DNA of 64,000 nucleotides from Mobula hypostoma (Eukaryota), in assembly GCF_963921235.1 (NCBI RefSeq), contig NC_086108.1, forward strand, positions 98,334,001-98,398,000. The letters are read 5' to 3'. This document shows, piece by piece, positions 49,941 to 62,964 of the stretch; the stretch's first letter is position 1; each line of letters opens with the position of its first letter. Under the pieces are notes generated by a model. It was not told the DNA's origin. It did no database searches and saw only the letters and a program-made list of their open reading frames with translations. Made by a program: the position numbers and the translations under genes.

Positions 49941-50707
49941 CTTGAGTGTGCTGTGTATGTTTTGCACCCTGGTCCCAAAGAAATTATGTTTCGTTCAGCT
50001 GTAACAGTGTATGGTTGAATGCTAATTAAACTTGATTTGATTTAATTTCATGTCCCTACTGTATCTGCATCAACCACTAGACTGGCAGAGTATTCTACAC
50101 ACATGCCACTCATTGCAAAAGAACATTCATTTGACATTACCCCCCCCCCCATACTTTACTCCCACCTCCTTAAATTTATGCCCCCCCCGCCCATATTTGT
50201 CATTTCTGCCCTTGGTAAAAGTCTCTGGCTATCCACTCAACACATTCCTCATATCATCTTGTACACCTCTATCAAGTCACTTCTGAACTACCTTCTCTCC
50301 AAAGAGAAAAGACCCAGTTTGCTCCACCTATCATGGGAAACTGTGCAGGTAGCAAAGAGTAACAAGTGATGTTGGTTGAGGTATAAAGGACTGTCCAGGA
50401 CAGTGTGGGAGGTTGATTTGAAAAAAATGTCACAGGATCTTTTCAATTCAAAATCTCACCTTAAAACTGACATAATCACAACAGCAGTACTCCCTCACCA
50501 GAACATCCCGAAAGTTAATTGGATTATATCCCTGAAGTGGGATTTGAACTCAAAAATCCATAAGACCGTAAGACAAAGGAGCAGAAATTGGCCATTCAGC
50601 CCATCGAGTCTGCTCTGCCATTTTATCATGAGCTGATCCATTCTCCCATTTAGTCCCACTCCCCCACCTTCTCACCATAACCTTTGATGCCCTGGCTACT
50701 CAGATAC

Positions 50708-52853
50708 ATAGAAACATAGAAAATAGGTGCAGGAGTAGGCCATTCGGCCCTTCGAGCCTGCACCGCCATTTATTATGATCATGGCTGATCATCCAACTCA
50801 GAACCCCGCCCCAGCCTTCCCTCCATACCCCCTGACCCCCGTAGCCACAAGGGCCATATCTAACTCCCTCTTAAATATAGCCAATGAACTGGCCTCAACT
50901 GTTTCCTGTGGCAGAGAATTCCACAGATTCACCACTCTGTGTGTGAAGAAGTTTTTCCTAATCTCGGTCCTAAAAGGCTTCCCCTCTATCCTCAAACTGT
51001 GACCCCTCGTTCTGGACTTCCCCAACATCGGGAACAATCTTCCTGCATCTAGCCTGTCCAATCCCTTTAGGATCTTATACGTTTCAATCAGATCCCCCCT
51101 CAATCTTCTAAATTCCAACGAGTACAAGCCCAGTTCATCCAGTCTTTCTTCATATGAAAGTCCTGCCATCCCAGGAATCAATCTGGTGAACCTTCTTTGT
51201 ACTCCCTCTATGGCAAAGATGTCTTTCCTCAGATTAGGGGACCAAAACTACACACAATACTCCAGGTGTGGTCTCACCAAGGCCTTGTACAACTGCAGTA
51301 GTACCTCCCTGCTCCTGTACTCGAATCCTCTCGCTATAAATGCCAGCATACCATTCGCCTTTTTCACCGCCTGTTCTACCTGCATGCCCACTTTCAATGA
51401 CTGGTGTATAATGACACCCAGGTCTCGTTGCACCTCCCCTTTTCCTAATCGGCCACCATTCAGATAATAACCTGTTTTCCTATTTTTGCCACCAAAGTGG
51501 GTAACTTCACATTTATCCACATTAAATTGCATCTGCCATGAGTTTGCCCACTCACCCAACCTATCCAAGTCACCCTGCATCCTCTTAGCATCCTCCTCAC
51601 TGCTAACACTGCCACCCAGCTTCATGTCATCCGCAAACTTGGAGATGCTGCATTTAATTCCCTCATCCAAGTCATTAATATATATTGTAAACAACTGGGG
51701 TCCCAGCACTGAGCCTTGCGGTACCCCACTAGTCACCGTCTGCCATTCTGAAAAGGTCCCGTTTATTCCCACTCTTTGCTTCCTGTCTGCTAACCAATTC
51801 TCCACCCATACCAATACCTTACCCCCAATACCGTGTGCTTTAAGTTTGCACACTAATCTCCTGTGTGGGACCTTGTCAAAAGCCTTTTGAAAATCCAAAT
51901 ATACCACATCCACTGGTTCTCCCCTATCCACTCTACTAGTTACATCCTCAAAAAATTCTGAGATTCGTCAGACATGATTTTCCTTTCACAAATCCATGCT
52001 GACTTTGTCCGATCATTTCACCGCCTTCCAAATGTGCTGTTATCACATCCTTGATAACTGACTCCAGCAGTTTCCCCACCACCGACGTTAGGCTAACCGG
52101 TCTATAATTCCCCGGTTTCTCTCTCCCTCCTTTTTTAAAAAGTGGGGTTACATTAGCCACCCTCCAATCCTCAGGAACTAGTCCAGAGTCTAACGAGTTT
52201 TGAAAAATTATCACTAATGCATCCACTATTTCTTGGGCTACTTCCTTAAGCACTCTAGGATGCAGACCATCTGGCCCTGGGGATTTATCTGCCTTCAATC
52301 CCTTCAATTTACCTAACACCACTTCCCTACTAACATGTATTTCGCTCAGTTCCTCCATCTCACTGGCCCCTCTGTCCCTTACTATTTCTGGAAGATTATT
52401 TATGTCCTCCTTAGTGAAGACAGAACCAAAGTAATTATTCAATTGGTCTGCCATGTCCTTGCTCCCCATAATCAATTCACCTGTTTCTGTCTGCAGGGGA
52501 CCTACATTTGTCTTTACCAGTCTTTTCCTTTTTACATATCTATAAAAGCTTTTACAGTCCGTTTTTATGTTCCCTGCCAGTTTTCTCTCATAATCTTTTT
52601 TCCCCTTCCTAATTAAGCCCTTTGTCCTCCTCTGCTGAACTCTGAATTTCTCCCAGTCCTCAGGTGAGCCACTTTCTCTGGCTAATTTGTATGCTTCTTC
52701 TTTGGAATTGATACTATCCCTAATTTCTCTTGTCAGCCACGGGTGCACTACCTTCCTTGATTTATTCTTTTGCCAAACTGGGATGAACAATTGTTGTAGT
52801 TCATCCATGCAACCTTTAAATGCTTGCCATTGCATATCCACCGTTAATCCTTT
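50708..52853 (-). mobile_element. 5'-truncated CR1 LINE (copy B) nested in copy A
   Basis: RT motifs YRPVSLTS, QHGF, YLDFQKAFD, GVPQGSVLGP, FADD; one frameshift near 51960 and one in-frame stop at 51248; (TTTCTATG)n tail; GATAC duplicated at 50703-50707 and 52854-52858. Confidence 0.93.
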
Positions 52854-52858
52854 GATAC

Positions 52859-55600
52859 CTATCAATCTCTGCCTTAAATACACCCAATGACTTGGCCTCC
52901 ACTGCCGCCTGTGGCAACAAATTCCATAGACTCACCACCCTCTGGCTAAAAAAATTTCTTTGCATCTCTGTTCTGAATGGGCACCCTTCAATCCTTAAGT
53001 CATGCCCTCTTGTACTAGACTCCCCCATCATGGGAAACAACTTTGCCACATCCACTCTATCCTTGCCTTTCAACATTCGAAATGTTTCTATGAGGTCTCC
53101 CCTCATTCTTCTAAACTCCAAGGAATATAGTCCAAGAGCGGACAAATGTTCCTCATATGTTAACCCTCTCATTCCCGGAATCATTCTAGTGAATCTTCTC
53201 TGTACCCTCTCCAATGTAAGCACATCCTTTCTTAAATAAGGAGACCAAAGCTGCCCACAGTACTCCAAGTGAGGTCTCACCAGCGCCTTATAGAGCCTCA
53301 ACATCACATCCCTGCTCCTATACTCTATTCCTCTAGAAATGAATGCCAACATTGCATTCGCCTTCTTCACCACCGACTCAACCTGGAGGTTAACCTTAAG
53401 GGTATCCTGTACGAGGACTCCCAAGTCCCATTGCATCTCAGAACTTTGAATTCTCTTCCCATTTAAATAGTAGTCTGCCCGTTTATTTCTTCTGCCAAAG
53501 TGCATAACCATACACTTTCCAACATTGTATTTCATTTGCCACTTCTCTGCCCATTCTTCCAATCCATCCAAGTCTCTCTGCAGACTCTCCGTTTCCTCAG
53601 CACTACCGGCCCCTCCAACTACCTTCGTATCATCAGCAAACTTAGCCACAAAGCCACCTATTCCATAACCCAAACCGTTGATGTACAATGTAAAAAGAAG
53701 CGGCCCCAACACGGACCCCTGTGGAACACCACAGGTAACCGGCAGCCAAACAGAATAGGATCCCTTTATTCCCACTCTCTGTTTCCTGCCAATCAACCAA
53801 CGCTCTATCCACGTATGTAACTTTCCCATAATCCCATGGGCTCTTATCTTGTTAAGTAGCCTCATGTGTGGCACCTTGTCAAAGGCTTTCTGAAAATCCA
53901 AATATACAACATCCACTGCCTCTGCCTTGTCTAGCCTACTGGTAATTTCCTCAAAAAATTGTAATAGGTTTGTCAGGCAGGATTTTCCTTTAAGGAATCC
54001 GTGCTGAGTTCTGCCTATCTTGCCATATGCCTCCAGGTACTCTGTAACCTCACCCTTGACAATCGACTCCAACAACTTCCCAAACACCGATGTCAAGCTA
54101 ACAGGTCTATAATTTCCTTTCTGCTTCCTTGCCCCCTTCTTAAATAGCGGAGTGACATTTGCAATCTTCCAGTCCTCCGGAACCATGCCAGAATCTATCG
54201 ACTTTTGAAAGATCATCGCAATGCCTCCGCAATCTCCACAGCTACTTCCTTCAGAACACGAGGGTGCATTCCGTCTGGTCTGGGAGATTTATCTGCCTTT
54301 AGACTATTCAGCTTCCTGAATACTTTCTCTGTCGTAATTGTGACTGCGCATACTTCTCTTCCCTGCCACCCTTGAGTGTCCGGTATACTGCTGATGTCTT
54401 CCTCAGTGAAGACTGATGCAAAATACTCGTTCAGTTCCTCTGCTATCTCCCTATCTCCCATTACAATTTCTCCAGCATCATTTTCTATTGGTCCTATATC
54501 TACTCTCACCTGTCTTTTACTCTTTATATACTTGAAAAAACTTTTAGTATCCTCTTTGATATTATTTGCTAGCTTCCTTTCAGAGTTCATCTTTTCCCTC
54601 TTAATGACCTTCTTAGTTTCCTTTTGTAAGCTTTTAAAAACTTCCCAATCCTCTGTCTTCCCACTAATTTTTGCTTCCTTGTATGCCCTCTCCTTTGCTT
54701 TAACTTTGGCTTTGACTTCTCTTGTCAACCACGGTTGCATCCTTTTTCCGTTCGAAAATTTCTTCTTTTTTGGAATATACCTGTCTTGCACCTTCCTCAC
54801 TTCTCGCATAAACTCCAGCCACTGCTGCTCTGCCGTCCTTCCTGCCAGTGTCCCTTTCCAGTCAACTTTGGCCAGTGCCTCTCTCATGCCACTGTAATTT
54901 CCTTTACTCCACTGAAATACCGACACATCAGATTTCGGCTTCTCTTTTTTATATTTCACAGTGAACTCAATCATGTTATGATCACTGCCTCCTAAGGGTT
55001 CCTTCACCTCAATCTCTCTAATCACCTCCGGTTCATTACACAATACCCAATCCAGTACAGCCAATCCCCTAGTGGGCTCAACAACAAGCTGTTCTAAAAA
55101 GCCATCTCGCAGACATTCTACAAATTCTCTCTCTTGAGTTCCAGTGCCAACCTGATTTTCCCAATCCACTCGCATGTTAAAATCCCCCACAATTATCATA
55201 ACGCTGCCCTTCTGGCAAGCCTTTTCTATTTCCTGTTGTAATTTGTCGTCCACATCACTGCAGCTGTTTGGAGGCCTATAAATAACTGTCATCAGGGTCC
55301 TTTTACCCCTGCGATTTCTTAGTTCAACCCATAAAGAATCTGCACCTTCCGATCCTATATCACCTCTTTCTAATGATTTAATATCATTTCTTACCAATAA
55401 AGCCACACCTCCCCCTCTGCCTACCTTCCAATCCTTCCAATACACCGTGTATCCTTGGACGTTCAGCTCCCAGAGACATGCATCCTTTAGCCAGGTCTCA
55501 GTGATGGCCACAATATCATACCTGCCAATCTGTAACTGTACGACAAGATCATCCACCTCATTCCTTATGCTGCGTGCATTTAAGTAGAACACCTTAAGAC
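52859..55600 (-). pseudogene. CR1 ORF2 (APE endonuclease plus reverse transcriptase), one frameshift near 54215
   Basis: ORF 54213..55592 (NARSI, ITETWL, IYRPPN, GDFN, SDHN) and ORF 52816..54216 (YLDFQKAFD, GVPQGS, FADD). Confidence 0.93.
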
Positions 55601-55786
55601 CAGTATTTGGTACTTTTCACTTTGATTTCACTGCAACTTTATTGAACTGCAACTCATCACAATGGCTACAAATTTGCCCCATCACCTGCCTGTCTTTCCT
55701 GACATCTTTATTGCTCACTATCTTAGATTTATTTCTGTTTCCTCCTTCCTCCGCTCTATCATTCCAGTTCCCATCCCCCTGCCAAA

Positions 55787-56720
55787 TTAGTTTAAACCCT
55801 CCCTAACAGCTCTATTAAACCTTCCCGCCAGGATATTGGTCCCTTTCGAGTTCAGGTGTAACCTGTCCATTTTGAACAGGTCATACTTCCCCCAGAACAG
55901 ATCCCAATGGTCCAAGAATCTGAAGCCCTGCTCCCTGAACCAGACTGTCAGCCACGCATTCATCTGCTTGATCCTACTATTCTTGCCCTCGCTAGCATGT
56001 GGCACAGGTAACAATCCCGAGGTTACTACCCTGGAGGTCCTGCTTCTCAGCTTCCTTCCTAACTCCCGGAAATCTCTCTTCAGGACTTCCTCCCTTCTCC
56101 TATCTATGTCATTGGTACCAACATGTACCAAGTCAACTGGCTGCTTGCCCTCTCCCTTCAGAATATTCTGGACCCGATCCGAGACATCCCGTACCCTGGC
56201 ACCTGGGAGGCAACACACCATGCGGGTATCTCTGTCAGGCTCACAGAATCTCCTGTCTGTTCCCCGACTATGGAATCCCCTATGACTAACGCATTCCTCT
56301 TCTCCCTCCTTCCCTCCTGCACAACAGCGCCAGGCTCAGTGCCAGAGACCCGGTCATCGTGGACGTCCCCTGTCAGGTCATCCCCCTCAAAAGCATCCAG
56401 AACAAGATATTTGTTGCTGAGGGGGACAACCACAGGTGTGCTCTCCACTCTCCAGGCATTTTCCTTCCCTCTCCTGACAGTCACCCAATTTTCTGACCCC
56501 TGTAGCCTAGGGATTACTACCTCCCTGTAGCTCCTGTCTATCACCTCTTCACTTTCCCTGATAAGCAGTAGGTCATCAAGCTGCAGCTCCAGATCCCTAA
56601 CACGGTCTCTGAGGAGCTGCATCTCGGTGCTCCTGGTGCAGATGTGGCCATCAGGGAGGCTGGAGGTCTCCCAGATTCCCACATCTGACACCCTGAACAA
56701 AGCACTAACCCTGCAGGCAT
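55787..56720 (-). pseudogene. CR1 ORF1 (zinc finger/coiled coil plus SGNH esterase), frameshifted
   Basis: ATG at 56720 gives MPAGLVLCSGCQMWE; then HICTR..LLRDRVRDLELQLDDL, VIGDSIV, CLPGARV, HVGTND and DRLHLN. Confidence 0.85.
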
Positions 56721-56868
56721 GCTATCTAATTCTACAGGAATGAAACAGGAAAATCAGCATGGAGATGAGAACACTGAGCCAAGGCTAATGCCAAATAGTA
56801 TCTTCAACTGTCCATGTTCCGGCTAACCCTCAAGGAAAATGCAAAAGTTATCAAACAATTATCATATA

Positions 56869-59504
56869 CAGTGGCATGCAAAAGTTTGGGCACCCCTGGC
56901 CAAAATTTCTGTTACTGTGAATAGCTAAGTGAGTAAAAGAGGACCTGATTTCCAAAAGGCATAAACTTAAAGATGACCCATTTCTTTAATATTTTAAGCA
57001 AGATTACTTTTTTATTTCCATCTTTTACAGTTTCAAAATAACAAAGAAGGAAAAGGGCCCAAAGCAAAAGTTTGGGCACCCTGCATTGTCAGTACTTAGT
57101 AGCATCTTTTGGCAAATATCACAGCTTGTAAACGCTTTCTATAGCCAGCTAAGAGTTTTTCAATTCTTGTTTGGGGGATTTTTGCCCATTCTTCCTTGCA
57201 AAAGGCTTCTAGTTCTGTGAGATTCTTGGGCCGTCTTGCATGCACTGCTCCTTTGAGGTCTATCCACAGATTCTCGATGATGTTCAGGTCAGGGGACTGT
57301 GAGGGCCATGGCAAAACCTTCAGCTTGCGCCTCTTGAGGTAGTCCATTGTGGATTTTGAGGTGTGTTTAGGATCATTATCCTGTTGTAGAAACCATCCTC
57401 TTTTCATCTTCAGCTTTTTTACAGATGGTGTGCCACAGGGATCAGTGCTGGGTCCATTGTTATTTGTCATCTATATCAATGATCTGGATGATACTGTGGG
57501 AAATTGGATCAGCAAATTTGCTGATGATACAAAGATTGGAGGTGTAGTAGACAGTGAGGAAGGTTTTCAGAGCCTGCAGAGGGACTTGGACCAGCTGGAA
57601 AAATGGGCTGAAAAATGGCAGATGGAGTTTAATACAGACAAGTGTGAGGTATTGCACTTTGGAAGGACAAACCAAGGTAGAACATACAGGGTAAATGGTA
57701 AGGCACTGAGGAGTGCAGTGGAACAGAGGGATCTGGGGATACAGATACAAAATTCCCTAAAAGTGGCGTCACAGGTAGATAGAGTCGTAAAGAGAGCTCT
57801 TGGTACATCGGCCTTTATTAATCAAAGTATTGAGTATAAGAGTTGGAATGTTATGATGAGGTTGTATAAGGCATTGGTGAGGCCGAATCTGGAGTATTGT
57901 GTTCAGTTTTGGTTACCAAATTACAGGAAGGATATTAATAAGGTTGAAAGAGTGCAGAGAAGGTTTACAAAGATGTTGCCGGGACTTGAGAAACTCAGTT
58001 ACAGAGAAAGATTGAATAGGTTAGGACTTTATTCCCTGGAGCGTAGAAGAATGAGGGGAGATTTGATAGAGGTATATAAAATTATGATGGGTATAGATAG
58101 AGTGAATGCAAGCAGGCTTTTTCCACTGAGGCAAGGGGAGAGAAAAACCAGAGGACATGGGTTAAGGGTGAGGGGGGAAAAGTTTAAAGGGAACATTAGT
58201 GGGGGCTTCTTCACACAGAGAGTGGTGGGAGTATGGAATGAGCTGCCTGACGAGCTGGTAAATGCGGGTTCTTTTTTAACATTTAAGAATAAATTGGACA
58301 GATACATGGATGGGAGGTGTATGGAGGGATATGGTCCGTGTGCAGGTCAGTGGGACGAGGCAGAAAATAGTTTGGCACAGCCAAGAAGGGCCAGAAGGCC
58401 TGTTTCTGTGCTGTAGTTTTTCTATGGTTTTCTATGGTTCTATGGTGTGATGTTTGCTTCCAGAATTTGCGGTATTTAATTGAATTCATTCTTCCCTCTA
58501 CCAGTAAATGTTCCCCATACCACTGGCTGCAACACAAGCCCAAAGCATGATCGATCCACCCCCGTGCTTAACAGTTGGAGAGGTGTTCTTTTAATGAAAT
58601 TCTGCACCCTTTTTTCTCCAAACATACCTTTGCTCATTGGGGCCAAAAAGTTCTATTTTAACTTCATCAGTCTACAGGACTTGTTTCCAAAATGCATCAG
58701 GCTTGTTTAGATGTTCCTTTGCAAATTTCTGATGCTGAATTTTGTGGTGAGGATACAGGAAAGGTTTTCTTCTGATGACTCTCCCGTGAAGGTCATATTT
58801 GTGCTGGTGTCGCTGCACAGTAGAACAGTGCACCACCACTCCAGAGTCTGCTAAATTTTCCTGAAGGTCCTTTGCAGTCAAACGGGGGTTTTTGATTTGC
58901 CTTTCCAGCAATCCTACGAGCAGTTCTCTCGGAAAGTTTTCTTCGTCTTCCAGACCTCAATTTGACTTCCACCGTTCCTGTTAACTGCCATTTCTTAATT
59001 ACATTATGAACTGAGGAAACGGCTACCTGAAAATGCTTTGCTATCTTCTTATAGCCTTCTTTTGCTTTGTGAGCATCATTTATTTTAATTTTCAGAGTGC
59101 TAGGCAGCTGCTTAGAGGAGCCCATGACTGCTGATTGTTGGGACAAGGTTTAAGGAGTCAGGGTATTTGTAAAGCTTTGAAATTTGTATCACCTGACCTT
59201 TCCTAACGATGACTGTGAACAAGCCATAGCCCTAACAAGCTAATTAAGGTCTGAGACCTTGGCAAAAGTTATCTGAGAGCTCAAATCTCTTGGGGTGCCC
59301 AAACTTTTGCATTGTGCTCCTTTCTTTTTTTTCACTCTAAAATTGTACAAAACAAAAATAATACACTGATCATGCTTGAAATGTTGAAAAGAATGTTTCA
59401 TCTTTAACTTTATGACTTTTGGAGATCAGTTCATCTTTTACTCACTTAACTATTCACAGTAACAGAAATTTTGACCGGGGTGCTCGAACTTTTGCACGCC
59501 TCTG
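56869..59504 (-). mobile_element. Tc1 (DD34E) transposon of IR/DR type, interrupted by CR1
   Basis: TA-CAGTGGCATGCAAAAGTTTGGGCACCCC ... GGGGTGCTCGAACTTTTGCACGCCTCTG-TA; inner repeats GCAAAAGTTTGGGCACCC at ~57064 and (inverted) ~59294; transposase QQDNDPKHTS...SPDLNIIENLW. Confidence 0.95.
57433..58441 (+). mobile_element. Young 5'-truncated CR1 inserted in the Tc1 transposase
   Basis: Open frame from GVPQGSVLGP through FADD to the ORF2 end; (TTCTATGG)n tail; ATGGTGTG duplicated at 57425-57432 and 58442-58449. Confidence 0.95.
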
Positions 59505-59739
59505 TATACCAATGTTCACCAATTGTCCACATGTACTGATATGAACTGTCCCACTATATAGTTTTCAGAGTAATTGTGGAAGTTTGGCAAAGTCCCATTA
59601 CTCCCGTGGCAAATGCCACTTGAGAATGTAGAGTCATAGAAAAGTACAGCACAGGAAAAGGCCCTCCAGTCCAGCAGGTCCATGCCAAAACATGAGATGA
59701 CCAATTGACATTTTGACCCTTCTGCACAACTCATGAAGG

Positions 59740-60490
59740 TCGGAAAAGTGTGAAGTGATTCACTTTGGAAGGTTGAATTTGAAGGCAGAGTACAAGGTTA
59801 ATGGCAGGATTCCTGGCAGTGTGGAGGAACAGAAGGTCCATGTGCTTAGATCATTCAAAGTTGCCGCACAAGTTGTCAGAGTTGTCAAGATGGTGTACGG
59901 TGTGTTGGCCTTCAGTAGTCAGGGGACTGGGTTTAAGAGCCGTGAGGTAATGTTACAGCTATATAAAACCCTGGTTAGACCACACTTGGAATATTGTGTT
60001 CAGTTTTGGTCACCTCATTCCAGAAAGACTGTGGAAGCTTTAGAGAGGGTGCAGAGGAGATTTACCAGGATGCTGCCTGGATTAGAGTGCATATTTCATG
60101 AGGATAGATTGAGTGAGCTCGGGTTTTACTCTTTGGAGCAGAGTAGATTGAGAGGTGATTTGATAGAGGTGTACAAGATAAGAGATATAGATTAGATGGA
60201 TAATCAGAAACTCTTTCCCAGGGCGGAAATGGCTAATACAAGGGGGCATTATTTTAAAGTGATTGGAGGAAGGTATGGGGGGGGGTGCGGTGAATGTCAG
60301 ATGTAGATTTCTTACACAGAGAGGGGTGAGCGCATGGAACGCCCTGTCAGGGTGGTGGTAAAGGCAGACGCATTAGGGATATTTAAGAAACTTTTAAATT
60401 GGCACGTGGAGGTTAGAAAAATGGAGGTCTTTATAAGAGCGAAGGGTTAGATAGATCTTGGAAAAGGTTAAGAGGTTTGTACAACATTGT
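59740..60490 (+). mobile_element. CR1 3' fragment
   Basis: ORF 59755..60195 LYKTLVRPHLEYCVQFWSP. Confidence 0.88.
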
Positions 60491-60507
60491 GGGGTAGGCT
60501 TGCTGCA

Positions 60508-60613
60508 CTCTCTCCTTCCTTCTCCTCCCCTCCCCTCCTTCTCCCTCCCCTCCCCTCCTTCTTCTCCCCTCCCCTCCTTCTCTCTCCTCCTCTTCCTTCT
60601 TCCCCCTCCCCCT
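60508..60613. repeat. C/T-only low-complexity tract
   Basis: About 100 bp of pure pyrimidines (CCCCTCCTT-like units). Confidence 0.9.
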
Positions 60614-61534
60614 GAAAATGAAACTTTATAAACAACAGAAGCTACATGTAGAAAATGCTAGAAACACATGGCAGCATCGGAGAAACATAGTTACCAATTT
60701 AGAACTGAAGGGGCTTCAACATCAAATGAATTCTCAAAGCTCAAAGTTAATTTTGTTATCAAAGTACATGTATGTCACCATATACATCCCTGAGATCCAT
60801 GTTCTTGTGGGCATATTGAACAAAGGTATAGAATAATAACTATAACAAAATCAATGAAAGACCACCCAACTATGGTGTTCAACCAGGGTGCAGAGGACAA
60901 CAAACTGTTTCCCTTTTCACAGACGCTGCCGGACCCACAGAGCATTTCTGGCATTTTTTGTTTTTAAGGTAAGGGGCTAAGAACTGTTCCTATAGACCAG
61001 GTAAGGCCACACCCAAGACCCTACTTCACTACAGAAAGACTTCTCTCCTCCTGTGCTCAGATCATCTCATAATAAAGGGCAACATACCTGTAGTCTTTCT
61101 AAGTGTTTGCTGTGGCTGTGTGTTCAGTATGTTGGGTATGAGGTTTCCCAGGGACCTTTTGGATTAATACTGCCCATTTTGTCAACATTTAAGACATGCA
61201 CAACTTGCTTGCTGTGTGCACCGAAGTTAATAACTTCACACTTTACAATACCATATTGTGTCTGCCATGATCTTGCCCATTCATTCAGACTACTTATATC
61301 CCCCCTCCACCTCCGTCCCCAAAGTCTCCTTATAACTTTTTTCTTTGAGATACAGCATGAAACGAGCTCTTCCAGCCACACCACCCAGAAATCCCCAGAT
61401 TTCATTCCAGCCTAATCACCGGTCAATTTACAATGATCTATTAACCTACAAGCTGGTACAACTTTGAATGGTGGGAGGAAACTAGAGCACCCAGAGGAAA
61501 CCCACACGGTCACGGGCAGAACATACAAACTCCT

Positions 61535-62964
61535 GATACGAGGAAATCTGCAGATGCTGGAATTTCAAGCAACACACATAAAAGTTGCTGGTGAATGTAG
61601 CAGGCCAGGCAGCATCTCTAGGAAGAGGTACAGTCGACGTTTCAGGCCGAGACCCTTCGTCAGGACTAACTGAAAGAAGAGCTAGTAAGAGATTTGAAAG
61701 TGGGAGGGGGAGGGGAGATCCGAAATGATAGGAGAAGACAGGAGGGGGAGGGATGGAGCCAAGAGCTGGACAGGTGATTGGCAAAAGGGATATGAGAGGA
61801 TCATGGGACAGGAGGCCTAGGGAGAAAGAAAAGGGAGAGGGCGAAAAAAGCCCAGAGGATGGGCAAGAGGTATGGTGAGAGGGACAGAGGGAGAAAAAGG
61901 AGAGAGGGAAGAAGAATGTGTGTGTATATAAATAAATAACGGATGGGGTACGAGGGGTAGGTGGGGCATTAACGGAAGTTAGATAAGTCAATGTTCATGC
62001 CATCAGGTTGGAGGCTACTCAGACGGAATATAAGGTGCTGTTCCTCCAACCTGAGTGTGGCTTCATCTTTACAGTAGAGGAGGCCGTGGATAGACTTATC
62101 AGAATGGGAATGGGACATGGAATTTCTCCCCCATTTCACGCAAATCTGCTCTCACTCCATCCTCCCGCCACCCCACCAGGATTAGGGTTCCCCTTGTCCT
62201 CACCTACCACTCCACTAGCCTCCGGGTCCAACATATAATTCTCCGTAAATTCCGCCACCTCTAACGGGATCCCACCACTAAGCACATCTGTCCCTCCCTC
62301 CCCTCTTTCTACCTACTGCGGGGATCGCTCCCTACGTGACTCCCTTGTCCATTCATTGCTCCCATCCCTCCTCACTGATCTCCTTCCTGGCACTTATCCT
62401 TGTAAGTGGAACAAGTGCTACACATGCCCTTACATTTCCTCCCTTACCACCATTCAGGGCCTCAGACAGTCCTTCCAGGTGAGGCGACACTTCACCTGTG
62501 AGTCGGCTGGGGCGATATACTGCGTCCGGTGCTCCCGATGTGGCCTTCTATATATTGGCGAGACCCGACGCAGACTGGGAGATCGTTTCGCTGAACACCT
62601 ATGCTCTGTCTGCCAGAGAAAGCAGGATCTCCCAGTGGCTACACATTTTAATTCCACATCCCATTCCCATTCTGATATGTCTATCCACGGCCTCCTCTAC
62701 TGTAAAGATGAAGCCACACTCAGGTTGGAGGAACAACACCTTATATTCCGTCTGGGTAGCCTCCAACCTGATGGCATGAACATTGACTTCTCTAACTTCC
62801 GTTAATGCCCCACCTCCCCCTCGTAGCCCATCCGTTATTTATTTGTATACACATATTCTTTTTCTCTCTCTCCCTTTTCTCCCTCTGTCCCTCTGACTAT
62901 ACCCTTTGCCCATCCTCTGGGCTTTTTCCCCTTCCCCTTTTCTTTCTCCCTAGAGTGTTGCTTG
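61535..62964. mobile_element. Penelope-like insertion with inverted architecture (minus 61535-62123, plus 62124-62964) inside an HE1-like SINE
   Basis: Intact GIY-YIG ORF 62356..62805 (HFTCESAGAIYCVRCSRCGLLYIGET...RFAEH...GMNIDF); left arm is the inverted 3' end; AAACTCCT duplicated at 61527-61534 and 62965-62972. Confidence 0.9.
61632..61667 (-). ncRNA. Minimal type I hammerhead ribozyme motif (PLE-associated)
   Basis: Same 36-mer as 27774-27809; sense to the PLE ORF remnant and ~300 nt after its stop. Confidence 0.75.

Larger units (their letters stand above)
50560..56720 (-). mobile_element. Near full-length CR1 LINE (copy A), with its 3' end split by CR1 copy B
   Basis: ORF1 and ORF2 in order; the 3' end 50560-50707 joins 52859 onward exactly as in the uninterrupted copy at 44855-45215. 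Confidence 0.93.

Noticed and set aside
57349..58416. 355-aa ORF as a novel transposase-RT fusion
   Set aside because: The N-terminus is antisense Tc1 sequence read into an inserted CR1; a junction artefact
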